This document shows, one piece after another, positions 50,441 through 63,316 of a stretch of DNA of 64,000 nucleotides (positions are counted from its first letter, which is position 1; each line of letters starts with the position of its first letter). The notes under the pieces were generated by a model, which saw only the letters and a list, made by a program, of their open reading frames with translations, did no database searches and was not told the DNA's origin. The stretch covers positions 144,196,899 through 144,260,898 of the forward strand of contig NC_057710.1 in the NCBI RefSeq assembly GCF_004010195.1, written 5' to 3'. Position numbers and translations under genes: made by a program. Source of the DNA: Chiloscyllium plagiosum. Its lineage: Eukaryota.

Positions 50441-51779
50441 TTTAAAGCATTTAAAGGACACTTTGAACACTGCATTATTGTTGCTTGTGAATGGTATGTG
50501 TTCATTATCAGAGCTCACGGGAAGATGAAGGCTATTGATAGCATTGAGTTATCTCATGAAATCCTCAATGAAAGAAGAGGGCTCTGCATTTCTGACAGGA
50601 TATTCTGATCAGGGATCCTTCAGAAATCCAGTTCCACCCTTCCATTCTGACAGCTCTTTTGTAATTCAGAACTGCTGGAGCAAGGCAAACCAAATCCCAT
50701 TTACCCAGCAGTAATTTGGAATGTAAAGGTGCTCACAGCCACTTTGGCAGCTGTCAAAGGTAAGCATGATATTAGGGTGCTGGGAAGGTAGAGTGCCTGA
50801 TATGCAGGACGGATAGGATGCCAGGTTAACAGGATGCCAGCTGGTTAAAGTTATTGTTGCTAGGGCAATGGTAGTCAATGAGTAGGCACTGAAGCAGGGT
50901 ATCAGGCAGGTAGAGTGCTAATTGGGAAGGAGAAGTGTGCCAAATGGTGCCATGGTTTGTGGTGGTAAGGTAAGGGATAAAGTATTTAGGATGTGTTTGA
51001 GTGGGTGCAAGCAGTGGGGGCCAAGGTATCAGAGCTGAGGGCTTCAGGTCCAATGGGATGCATGGGTCAGTGGTCAGTTTAGATCCGGGGTGAAGGTTGG
51101 GGTTCTGGCATCAGGGAAGGGGAGGGTCTGGTCTGGTGATAAGGCAGAGATGTCAGGTCTGATCCAATGGGGAGTTGAGAATGGGATGTTGGATTGGATC
51201 CACCGCAAAGTGGCTTGTGTAAGGTGTGGCAGTGAGGGGGTTTACGGTCCATTCGGGCAGAGTGGGTGCAGAAGGGATCAACTGCAGAGTGGGCTTGGGG
51301 CCTGTGAGGGGCAGTGACCAGGTCTCAGAGATGCATCAGGTCAGGGTCTAGGGTGTGAAAATAATCAGCAGGAGATGTAATTGTGTGTATGTGATGTTAA
51401 TACGTAGTCAGGAATTAGACTACATATTTAATGCACTAACTTTTCCTGAGTAACTATTTACCTCATTTCATCAGGACCCTACGATTTGAATGGAGACTTT
51501 GACAGGGCAGAGGAATTGCTCAGTATAAAATTTAATTTTCCAGGCTGTTCCTTTGGAGTATGTTACAATGGGATTTCTCTGAGTTCGCATTAATTATTTT
51601 TCTTCTGCTCAGATCTCTGAGATATATGTGCAGCAGTGAATGTCAATGCTGTGATTGGCATTTTTACGCAATTCACTGTGTGCAGATCCTCAGAGCAGCT
51701 TAGAGGGTAAATTAGTTCCATGTTGCAACTCCAATCTAGACTTGCATAATGACTGCCCACTCAGCTGAAAATCCAGTTA

Positions 51780-52275
51780 CTTATTTCTGAGCTTCCTTGT
51801 ATAAGTGGCCTAAATTCACTCTAACCTCTCTCCTTTTTATATATTTTTTGAGGAGCTTTTGCCATCTGCTAATTATATTTCTTGCTAGTTTATCATCAAA
51901 GACTATTTTCTCTGTCTTTTTAAAATATGTTTTGTTGGGTTTTAAACCTTTCCAATCCATTTTCTTACCATTAACCTTTGCCATGTGATATGGCTTTCAA
52001 TTTGATGCTGTCTTTCACTTCGTTCTTTCACTTCCTTCTGTTGATCCCCTTCTCAGAACTCTTTTTGTTCACTGGGATATATCTTTACTGTGACTCATGA
52101 ACTATCTTCTTAAATGTCTGCCTTTGTTTCTCAACCATCTTTTCCCCAATAACCCTTTGCAAGTAAGTAATACTTTGCAATTGCTCTTATTTAAGTTTCA
52201 GCATAGTGGTTTCCAACACAGGTTTCTCACTATCAAGCAGAATGATAAATTCTACTATATTATGATCACTATTCC
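51780..52275 (-). mobile_element. Old CR1 ORF2 fragment
   Basis: SDHNIVEF (EN end), KLARNII....KYIKRR..RVNLGHL. Confidence 0.65.
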
Positions 52276-53157
52276 CTCTTCGCTGTGCAGTTGTGCACGT
52301 GTGCAGCCACTCCAATGTTCCATGTACAGCAATTGGCATTGGTGTATATTGTATTAGTATCTCTGTGTTCATATCTCATTATGTGCCTCAGATTGGATGG
52401 AGGGTTTACAAAATAGAGATAGGCAAGTTCCAAATAGTGTTCAGATTCCAATATCATACTTAGCACCATCTAACTAAACATAGAATCTTGCAAGAGAGGT
52501 AATATCTAAAGAAGCAAAGGTGACTTCTTAAAAATTCTAAACACTGGTTTATGCTGGCTACTTACATTTTAAGAGTTATGAATTTTTATGACTTTTTGCA
52601 GATTGAATTCTGTAATTCTATCCATTTTCCCATGCAAACTGCAAACCAGGAAAATTGATCATCTGAGTCACAAGGTATGTTTAAATTATTGTGGCTCATT
52701 GCATTTAATAGGATTACCCTGGGAATGTTTACAATGTCAGAGACTATCAGAATATCAATGTAAAATGTAGTGAGCACTATTAAACACTACTTTTTTATTT
52801 GAGGTGTGAATGTTCCTCCATCAATGCGCTTGCAATGTAACATCCAAGTGAGATACAGAGCAAATATTTTAGCCAGCAAATGTATTTTCCTCATTTTTTT
52901 TTATGAATTAGAACTTAGTAACAATGCTTGGTCTATTTTTACTACATCCCACTGCTTTGCCTGGGAATGTTCCTGGACGGACATTCAGCTGAAAGCTCCT
53001 CCTAAAGTTACTGAGCAACTTCTGTTGCGTCGCTGGGTTGCAACTTTCATCCCAGATTGTAAGATCCAGGTCATTATTTTAATTCTTGTGGCTTATTGGC
53101 CTCTTCAAACTCCAGCCAGAACAATATGAACAGCACAGCAAACATCAGTCAAGGTTA

Positions 53158-53295
53158 TAAAACAAAGAACTAGAGATGCAGGAAGTCTGAAACAAGAACA
53201 GGAGTTGCTGTGAAGCTCAGCAGGTCTGGCAGCATCCGTGGAGAGATAGCAGAGTTAACATTTCAGGTTTGGTGACTCTTCATCAGTGTTCTGAC
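53158..53295 (-). mobile_element. PLE terminal fragment with degenerate hammerhead
   Basis: Reverse strand reads CTGATGAAGAGTCACCAAACCTGAAATGTT (53257-53286). Confidence 0.7.
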
Positions 53296-54937
53296 TTAAA
53301 AGAAATTTACAACAAAGCAAGTCAAACTATCAAAATATAGAAGAGTTGGGAAAATCTCAAAACATGCAACAAAACAAATGTTCAGTCAGTTTCCACATGG
53401 TATCTGCTACAGTGATTCAAAACCAGAGAAATTACAACCTATCTCAACTCTTATTGTTCCACTTAACTGACACCTTCCAGCCTCTTGCCAGTGGACTGAG
53501 GAGACAATTTGTTGAATCTTTTCCAAAATCTGCAAACATTTTCACAAATCTGAGAGCCTAAACTTTCTCAATTCTAATCTGTAGGTTTCCAACCAAATTC
53601 CCTGAGTTTGGAATTTTCATAAACTAAACCATACTAGTGAGTTAATTGGTACCCTAACCTGGCCCCTGAACTCCTCCCAGGAGAGAAACTAAACTTGTTT
53701 CTCAACTCAATCTTGATATCGTCTGAACTGAATTTGAGAAAAACACTAACTCAATCCTCGATTTTTTTTGAACAGAAAACGAAGTCAGCTACACTCTGAC
53801 AAATGTTGGATTTAGTCACTATTCCAGAAGGTATTTTGATCTTTTATTTTCAGAGAAAACTCTTCACAGAAGCAAACAGCACTCCTCTGCCTCTATTCTG
53901 AAAATCAAATTCAAATAACGTTATGTATGTTTTAGTTATAGCTATTCAAATTTAACCAATGATGTTAATATCTATAGGTTATATACCTTTTTTCAGAGAC
54001 CATTGATGAGTGGTTGGTGGGGGTGTAGTGCACTGAAAGAATATAAAAGATTGGTGGAGTGATGGGTATAATTTCTTTGAGAAGCATGTTCACTAATCTT
54101 GAACACCCTTGTGATGTCTTTAATGTTCTTGATGCCAGACACCTTGCAATGACATCTCTGACCTTCGGCTCTCATTCCCTTCAAAGACTGAACCTTGAGG
54201 TTCCCTTGTCCCATTCTATTCTGTGGTATACCTCTGTTTCTCAATGCTAAACTGTGAATCCAGAAGCATTTATCTTCTGTGGTGCTTGATTTTTGCAGCT
54301 TCTTGCTTTAGCCAGTTTCAGTTTAAATGACCAGTGGTAGTTCCCTTCCATTGACTGCAGATCCTCTTTAAAACAGATAATCTGCCTTTAAGAACATAGG
54401 AATGTGCCACTAGATTCCTTCCTGTGTACAGAGATAGTCAACAGTGTGGGCCATGCTATAACCAACACCAGAAACAAGTAAATGAGGCGATGTACCAAGT
54501 TGGTGGACTGCCTGCCTCAACAATGATGGGCTTTGAACCCTGACCCCCCTCCTTGCCATTATGCCTAAAAATAGGCCATAATTAATTTTAGTGCTTAAGG
54601 GGGAGAAATTTGTTCATGTAGTGCCACTTGTATTGAGGCAGACTTAACCCAATTGCCACAGCAACACAGGCTAGAACCTGCTCGGCTTGGTACAGCTTTC
54701 CTCTGTGATATCAATGAGTAACACCATGCAAGTTGCACAGGTAGTGCTGTTTAACGGCTTCAGGACCCTGGAGCAAACTTGTGATGATGTCACAGAACTG
54801 CACATCACTCAGTATAAATGATACAATGTGGGTGACCTTAGAGTACATTGTACTCTCTGGAAGAACACTACTAGAATGCAATGAATTAGAATGGAAGGCT
54901 CCCATGAGGAAAAAGGACACGAACAAATGAAGAAGAT

Positions 54938-55277
54938 AACGGATGAAAAAAAAAACACCATTTCGACTGGGATAACACATCTATCCTGGGACAGGCTAAG
55001 CAAAGACATGCCAGAGAATTCCTAGAGGCCTGGCACTCCAACCACAACGCCATAAACAAGCACATAGATCTAGATGCCATCTATCAACCCCTCAGAAACA
55101 AACAGGAAATGACATCACCACAAACCCCAGGAACCCCATCCAGGAGAAAGATATAAATAGAAAGCAGGAGACAACAGCTCCCCTTCACTTGGAGGTCGCC
55201 ACTGATGATGTTACCTAGCCAGGTAATGAAACATCTGGATATCAAACCTACAGCTCAGCGAGCAAACCTACACCCTA
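54938..55277 (+). mobile_element. PLE 3' end (second family)
   Basis: HHFDWDNTSILGQAKQRHAREFLEAWHSNHNAINKHIDLDAIYQPL; possible 8 bp TSD AAGAAGAT. Confidence 0.88.
55199..55238 (+). ncRNA. Minimal hammerhead ribozyme motif
   Basis: CCA-CTGATGA-T-GTTACCT-AGCC-AGGTAAT-GAAA-CA-TC-TGG. Confidence 0.7.
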
Positions 55278-55879
55278 AAGAAGATGAATGATCTCTAAGG
55301 TAATGTATGTACAAGTCAGAGCCTACTACATCAATGATTACTATGTAGAGCGGAATTTACTACTAATGTATGTTAAATACTGTCACTTTGAGGTCTAAGC
55401 AGGAGCAGTTCTTGACTTTGCCTTCTCAAACAATCTGTCCCAGACCCAAATTTATAATGTGACATCAAGCCATACAATAAAATTTCAGGAATACACTTCC
55501 TAGAAAATCATGGCAACGGTGAAGATACAGAAACACATCCAACACTACCTAGGTTCAGAGAGAAAAAAAAATGACCATTCATGTTTCAAAAAAATTGTCA
55601 GTGCATCTAACAGCCAGTAAAGTCAGAGAGCTGACCATTTGCTGGGAAGGAAACATCTCTGAATAGAAACTTCCTCCAGATAATCCACAAAAATGCCAAG
55701 CCACAAAAAGCCTTTAGCAAAGTGTAAGAGAGGAAAACGAACGTTTACAAATGCAGCAAGAGCTATAAAAGCCCACCCGCAGCTAAGGGGGAACATCTGA
55801 ATTTAGCACCTTTAAAACAAAAGGCTGACGATGGGACAGCAAACACAGATCCCATTCCATAAGTGAGAAGACAAAAAAA

Positions 55880-56410
55880 AGATTAGATTCCCTACAGTGT
55901 GGAAACAGGTCCTTCGGCCCAACAGGCCCACACCGACCCTCTGAAGAGTAACCCACCCAAACCCCTTTTCCCTCTGACTAATGCATCTAATTGACAACTT
56001 AGCATGGCCAATTCACCTAATCTGCACATCTTTGGACTGTGGGAGGAAACCGGAGCACCTGGAGAAAACCCACACAGACATGGGGAGAATGTGCAAACAT
56101 TGTCAATTGTTTTAAAAATCCATCTGGATCACTAATGTCCTTTTGGGAAGGAAATCTGTCAGCTCTGCTGAGTGTGGGTCGACATGTGACTCCAGACCCA
56201 CAGTTATATGATTGACTCTTAAGAGCCCTACGATTTGCCTCTACAATCCACTCAGTTCAAGAGGCAATTGGAGATTGGTAATAAAAATGACACCCACATC
56301 CCATGAGGAAAGGAAAAGAACAGTCACCTGAGGTTGGAATCAAACCCAGGACCCTGGTGTTGTAAGGCTACAGTACTAACCACTGAACCACTGCACCACT
56401 GCACCACCCC
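55880..56410 (-). mobile_element. V-SINE interrupted by the second SINE family (56099-56319, + strand)
   Basis: V-domain breaks after GTGCAAAC and resumes at CAGTCACC. Confidence 0.85.
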
Positions 56411-57379
56411 AAGTTTTGTTTCCACTCCCAAAGCCAGCCTGGGAAGCACCGTTAGGACTTCTAAAAGTAGGTTGACAAATTTCTGAACCAATTACTCAAT
56501 GGCAGAATTAAAAGCAAGTTAAAATAATTCTTCAGGCACAGGCTTAAAGTGCAACAATTGAAAAAAGTAAAATTGGAAATAAACGTTATTGCAACTCAGT
56601 CCCAACTGTGGAGTTAATGTTTTATTTATTATTTTGATGCCTTGAGCAATCATTTTTATTCAGCAACTGATTATGATTCAGTATTTCCCATTACAACTTT
56701 GATAGGACCTTTTTCATTGTTTTTCACTAATTCCAGCTGATTTGGACTTGTACATGCATGCTCAGTGTTGTTAGGACTCCTGCAAACTTTTTATTGCTAG
56801 CTACTACTTTCACAGAAGTTGACAGACTTGTGTGTTTTAAAACTGTTGAATATTTAAAGGCATACTCAGTTTTCTGATTGGAGCATTGGATTCTTTCTTC
56901 TCCTTTGATGGCTGTGGTTTTTGTAGAATGGATTTTTATTTTTCCACACTAGCATATCCAGTCAAAGTCTTATAAAGGTGCGCTGACCATCCTTTGGAGT
57001 TTTTGGCAGATTCACTGCCACCAGACCTCCTTTTGGAATGAGGAAAATTCACTGATATTATGCGGGATGGATGCTCAATGATGTTTAGGCAAAGGTTAGG
57101 CTCAGTCTTGATAAGCAGTAAATAGATTTATTACATTTTAATTGAGAGCTAGTTACTTCCCAACAGAGATAATTGATGTTCCCTTGTGAGATATCACATA
57201 CTAGTTAAAAGTAAATATACATTACTACTTCAGTTACATACTATTAACACTAAGAATAATCACTGCATTACTGGGAAGCTGCTGGTTAGTTCTTCTCAGG
57301 AACAGTCCTTGATATCCTAATAGGCAGTGCTTATTTTGTGATATCAGTGACTCCTTTCAAGTATGCTATCTTTATGGGT

Positions 57380-57554
57380 CATGATTCGGAGATGCTGGTG
57401 TTGGACTGGGGTGTACAAAGTTAAAAATCACACAACACCAGGTTATAGTCCAACAGGTTTAATTGGAAGCACACTAGCTTTAGGAGCGTCGCTCCGAAAG
57501 CTAGTCTGCTTCCAATTAAACCTGTTGGACTATAACCTGGTGTTGTGTGATTTT
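57380..57554. mobile_element. PLE-derived foldback mini-element
   Basis: 66 bp arms (57422-57487 / 57491-57556), 3 nt loop, 13 bp TSD TATCTTTATGGGT. Confidence 0.88.
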
Positions 57555-57563
57555 TATCTTTAT

Positions 57564-57667
57564 GGGTGGCATGGTGGCTCAGTGGTTAGCACTACTGCCT
57601 TACAACACCAGGGCTGTGGGTTCAATCCCTGCCTTGGGTAACCGTCTGTGTGGAGGTTGTACATTCT
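57564..57667 (+). mobile_element. V-SINE 5' part
   Basis: TGGCTCAGTGG, GGTTCAATCCC, start of the V-domain. Confidence 0.85.
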
Positions 57668-57694
57668 GTGTGGTTGCGCAGATGGTACACAGTT

Positions 57695-58482
57695 TAGAAA
57701 AAAAATGTGAGGTGCTGCAAATCAGGGCAGCGCTTATACACTTAATGGTAAGGCCTTGGGGAGTATTGCTGAACAAAGAGACCTTGGAGTGCAGGTTCAT
57801 AGTTCCTTAAAAGTGAAGTGACAGGTAGACAGGGTGAGTGAAGAAGGCATTTGATATGCTTTCCTTTATTGGTCAGAGTATAGGAGTTGGGAGGTCATGT
57901 TGTGGCTGTGCATAATATTGGTTAGGCCACTTTTAGAATATTGTGTGAAATTCTGGTAGCCCTCCTATAGAAAGGATGTTGTGAAACTTGAAAGGATTCA
58001 GCAAAGATTTACAAAGATGTTGCTAGGGTTGGAGTACTTGAGCTATAGGGAGAGGCTAAATAGACTGGGGCTGTTTTCCCTGGAGTGTCAGAAGCTGAAG
58101 GGTGACCTTATAGAGGTTTATAAAGTCATCAAGGGCATGGAGAGGGTAAATAGACAAGGTCTTTTCCTTGGGGTGGGGGAGTCCAAAATTAGAGGGCATA
58201 GGTTTAGGGTGAGTAGGGAAAGATATTCAAGGGATCTAAGGGACAACCTTTTCATGCAAAGAGTGGTTTATGTATGGAATGAGCTGCCAGAGTAAATGGT
58301 GGAGGCTGGTACAATTATTTAAACAGACATCTGGATTGGTATACGATTAGGAAGGATTTAGAGGGATATGGGCCAAGTGCTGGCAAATAGGTCTAGATTA
58401 ATTTAGGATATCTGGTCGGAATGGATGAGGTGAACGAAGGGCCTGTTTCTGTGCTGGATATTTCTATGTCTCCATGACTCCA
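57695..58482 (+). mobile_element. CR1 (HER1-like) 3' part
   Basis: KCEVL, LVRPLLEYCV, KLERIQQRFTKML, FMQRVVYVWNELP, tail repeat. Confidence 0.92.
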
Positions 58483-59719
58483 TATCAAAGATAGCATTGA
58501 CCATATGACCCCAGGCTAACAAACCAAGTTTTAGAGAATACTTACTTTCCATGGTTCATTATAGACCTGTTTAATAGCAGTAGGTTTCCATTTCTGGATA
58601 CCACGCTATCCTAGAATAGTTTAGCTTTATAATTTAGCATATGTAACAGACATACATTTCATTGGAATCAAGTAATTTAATCAGTTTATGTCATGATTTC
58701 TTAAGACAATTTAGGCACTGTAAAGAAGAAGACATATAATACTCCAAACAGTGAAGATGTCTCTCCCTGATTCCCATTGACTTTGACTTTGCCAGGGCTC
58801 CTGGATGCCATACTCAATTCTTGGTTCTGTGCCGTCTTTTGAAGATGATTTTAGTTAACCGCACAAACAATTATTTTAACTAAAAGATATTAATAGGCTT
58901 TAGAATCCCCCAGAGCATTTAGATGGATCAATTGAACAATTTGTGATGATGTTAATGATTAGGTTGAGACACTACACATCTTCTAAACAGATAACAAATG
59001 ACTTTGTTGGTGCGTCATTACCTTGGGAAAGATCTCTAACAAATTAATATGCTAACAGGAACAAGCTGTAAGGGAATGATCCCAAAAGTGACTCACTTCT
59101 CAGGGAACTTGTCAAAAGATTGTATGAAGTGATATCAGTAAGATGACTGTCAACTTTAAAAAGACATCAGGAATTGGGCCCACGCTGCCTACACAATCTG
59201 AGTTTGATCACTCGCCATTCATGTGTTAGGAAGGTCAGCAGTGTTCAGGATGCCTCAGGCTATGCACAGAAGGTAGTGGCTAGCAAGGGTTTGCTGTAAG
59301 AACTCTAAAAAGCTCAGTCTGCAGCTAGAGGACAGAAGGGGAATTTTAGTCAACAGAACAGCACAAGAAATGTATGCCTGGTCAACCAACGGTTGCAATC
59401 TGTTGTTTCAAAGGGATCAACTAAAAAAAAGCTCTTCATTCGGCTTTTTTTTTGTACTTATTGTGATATTCTGGAAGCATCTTGCAGCTAATCAGAATGA
59501 AAGGGCCTATTAGATTGGCATTCTCAAACTCAGGCAATCATGATAATTGTGAGTGCTCTTAGGTGTAGTGGTAGAATTCAAGCCCCATTTGCTTCAGAGA
59601 TGTGTAATAACAACTCTGAACAGCTTGCTTTGACAATATCTATCACTGTAATTGACTTAAGATGTACAACTAAGATTAAAGTGAACTACAAACCTTACAG
59701 GTATAAAATTCCAACCAGT

Positions 59720-59980
59720 GAAGACTTTTCTCCCTGATTCCCATTGACGTAAATTTTGCTAGGGCTCCTTGATGCCATACTCTGTCAAATGCAGCATTGA
59801 TAGCAAGAGTAGTCACCCTCATCTCATCTCTGTAATTTAGCTCTTTCAACCATGTTTAGCCAAAAGCAGAAATGAAGTCAGGAGCTGGATAATGCTGTTG
59901 GAACCCCAAACAGGACATCAGTGAATAGTTTTTATCATGAGTAAGTGTTGCTTAGTGACACCACTGAACATATCTTCTGT
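59720..59980 (-). mobile_element. LINE family 2 RT fragment
   Basis: Reverse strand encodes VTTLAINAAFDRVWHQGALAK..SMGIR; a shorter copy lies at 58763-58815. Confidence 0.7.
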
Positions 59981-61599
59981 CATGTTGTTAATGTTTAAGA
60001 CTTAGGGTGACCATACCATCATTTTTAAATAGATAGTTTTGTATTTAACTGCTACCTCAGTGTCTCAACATTTTCTTAAAAAATGGCAAATCAGTCTGTA
60101 TTTCTCCTTCTTGATGTCTCGTGCATTTCATGACAATCGATTTCACCAAATAACAACTATTCCTGAAATAAAGGCAAAAGCAAAGGTGGGGAATTTTCAC
60201 ATTGTTATATTTACTCTGAAATGATTTGGAAGCTATATTATCATGCAAATCTATGAATGTATATCCATAATGCCACATCATCACTACCATTCTACAGACC
60301 GATTAACTAAAACAAAATTGCATTGAACTGCTGCACACATGAAGGAATTTGAAAAATGCACTTGATGTAGCTTCAGTATCTGTGTTAATTTATTTTTGGA
60401 TTATTTTCAATTTATGGAAACCACAAGGTAGAAAACACCGAGGTAGAAATTTTGCAACACGTTTTTGTAACAAAGTCTTGAAGAGCTAACAATAACATAT
60501 TTATACTCACAATGATCACGTGTACATTAGGTATTGGTAACCGCAGTTGCTGTGGATATGCTGAGCAAGACTGTATTCATCTGTATTGATCTCAGTCTTT
60601 CCTCCAAATGAAGTGAATGTCCTTTTAATGATGACCTACAAAAACAAGTGAAGTTTTTTTTAAAAAACGTATCCTCACTAACAGTCGATAACACTGTTTA
60701 TGTTTGCTCGCTCACAGTTGTCAGGTCAATTGTCTTCAAAACTGCAGCCACTCTTTCAAATACCAAGTTTTGAAACAGCCGTTTCTCACTTCAGTCCCCA
60801 GTTTTGAGAAACACAAAAGGCACTCCTTAAACGCTCCACCTCTTATGCTTCCCACTGGTGGTGTGACCAGCTTCTCACTGTGCAGCAGCTTGATGCCAAT
60901 TGGTCATTATTGTTAAATGCCATATTAACACCACAATTCATTCCCTTAATATTCACACTAACATCTTAAACTCGCCAAACGAGCGCAATGTTGAGAAAAT
61001 CCAACCAAACCAAATACCTGGGGAATTCAGTTCATCGCTTGCTCTGAATGATTGCTATGTTGGACATTGGCCACCCATGTGTATGGGGCACAGACACACG
61101 TGCACACACACACACGCACCACTCCACCCCCACCCTCCTCCCACATGAACGTTGGCACGTGAATTTGCTAACTACCTATGATCCACTTAGAGGATACTAC
61201 ACCTCAGACTGGGCTAGTAACCATCACAGTAAAGCTGCAAAAAGGACTCCCTGAGGTGGGGGAGTCCAGAACTAGGGGGCATAGGTTGAGGGTGCCCAGG
61301 GATGCACTTGGCTGCATCTCTGGGCTCCTTACTTGCTCTCCTACTGCTCGCTCACTTTGAGCCTAACTGGATACTCACAGCAACCTTACTTTGCTTTCTC
61401 TTTCCTTTTTTGCTCTTTGCCCCCTCACCCAGATATACGGAGTCATTTTATTGCTGTTTTGTTGTGCCATTTAATGCAGACACAAAGATAGGAAATTTGT
61501 CACAGCAGGCCTCAGTCAAGTCAAAGGGATCAAGTCACAAAATCCTGATACAGTAAGCCAAGGACAACTTCAGGAGTCAGGGTCCATGAGGGGCAAAGA

Positions 61600-62425
61600 G
61601 CTGAATGATGCGTAGCACACTACCTGTCTTGAGTCTTGTGCTTTTGCCCCCGTGGAATGAGACATAGGCTGGTAGTACGGAAGACAAAAGTATGTGATGC
61701 AGTTACTGCAGATGGTGAAGTGCCCCAAGCAAGTGAGTAGGCAGCGCAAAGGAACGGAGGGCTATTGGTGTCACAGATTGGGGTGGTGAGGGTAAGTGTG
61801 GAAGATGTTGCAGGCAATAGATTGAGTGTTACAGCGTGTGTCTCGGTGGGAAATGGATACAGTAACAGAAACAAAGTGAGTCTGAGGTATCTGAGGGTAA
61901 ATGATGCCACTTACTGGTGGAGTAGAGAAGGACATTTACCTTCCTCCTCCACATGCTGAGTCTCCTTTTTGGCCCTGGTGACAGCTTCAGATCAAGCTGG
62001 CATGGTCAGCTGCTATGACCTCCACTGCTGGTCCTGAGGGAGAGGAAATCTTGCCTATGCATCACCTTATCCAGCAGGCTCTCCAAGAAGTGAGTCCCCC
62101 CCTATCTTCTTTAGCTGGGGCAAATGTCAGCAACTGTAAATGGCAGCTCCAGACTAATAGTTCTTGTCCGGGTGCAGAAAGGGCTTTTAAACAAGTCATG
62201 GGTGCAAGGAATGCTAGTGAATCCGGGATATGCACTGAATGGCACGTTACTCTGCACTAGTGCACCATAAAATGGGCTTTAAATCAGACTTTAGCAATGA
62301 CATGGGGCAGGCTAAGTATTTACTGACATGAATTTGGTGAGATACGTGAGAAAACACAATGGGCTCTACAGCGAGACACCTCTCGTAAAACTCAACAACT
62401 CGCTTTCAATGTTAAGATTCAACTG
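61600..62425 (-). mobile_element. Harbinger-type fragment with Myb/SANT remnant
   Basis: LESLLDKVMHRQDFL...RRKVNVLLYST then CCA|GTAAGT (61915/61914); end TAAGATTCAAC resembles the other Harbinger-like termini. Confidence 0.55.
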
Positions 62426-62842
62426 AAAGAAACAAAAACAGGCTGAACAAAATTAGCGTGAAACTCCAAAAATTTAATTAACTGAAACAGAGAAACTGAT
62501 GAAATACATACAAGTGAAGAACTGTTTGCCGACCATTTAGTACACCATGGACATGCCACCTGATCAGTCTCAGTTGATTAAACAAAACGTCATTAACTCA
62601 AGGTTTTATGAGCACACAAAATCTGTGGTATAATTTGCAATACATCAGCTGTGCTATCGATGGAAGAACTGAACATGATTCATGGAAGTGGTTGTTTATC
62701 ACACTTTGTCTGCCTTAGACAAACAAGCTACTCCCTGTTCTTGTGTGCTATTTTCTTCAACATACAAGGTTTTCTTCTTTAACTAGTGATAAATTTGCAG
62801 TGCAATGCAAATTTCTACATCAACAGATTGTAGATATTGTAT

Positions 62843-63316
62843 GTTCAGAAAAGATTTACAAGGATGTTGCCAGGGTTGGAGGATTTGCGCTATGGGGAGA
62901 GGTTGAATAGGCTGGGGCTATTTTCCCTGGAGCATCGGAGGCTGAGGGGTGACCTTATAGAGGTTTATAAAATCATGAGGGGCATGGATAGGGTAAATTG
63001 ACAAGTTCTTTTCCCTGGGGTGGGGGAGTCTAGAACTAGAGGGCATAGTCTTTGGGTAAGAGGGGAAAGATATAAAGGACACCTAAGGGGCAACTTTTTC
63101 ATGCAGAGGGTGGTGCGTGTGTGGAACGGGCTGCCAGAGGAAGTGGTGGGGGCTGGTACAATTGCAACATTTAAAAGGCATCGGGATGTGTATATGAATA
63201 GGAAGGGTTTGGTGAGGTATGGGCCAGGTGCTGGCAGATGGATTGGGATATCTGGTCGGCATGGACGGGTTGGACTGAAGAGCCTGTTGCCATGTTGTAT
63301 ATCTCTATGACTCTAT
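62843..63316 (+). mobile_element. Young CR1 (HER1-like) 3' end
   Basis: VQKRFTRMLPGL...RGNFFMQRVVRVWNGLP; CTCTATGACTCTAT tail. Confidence 0.93.
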
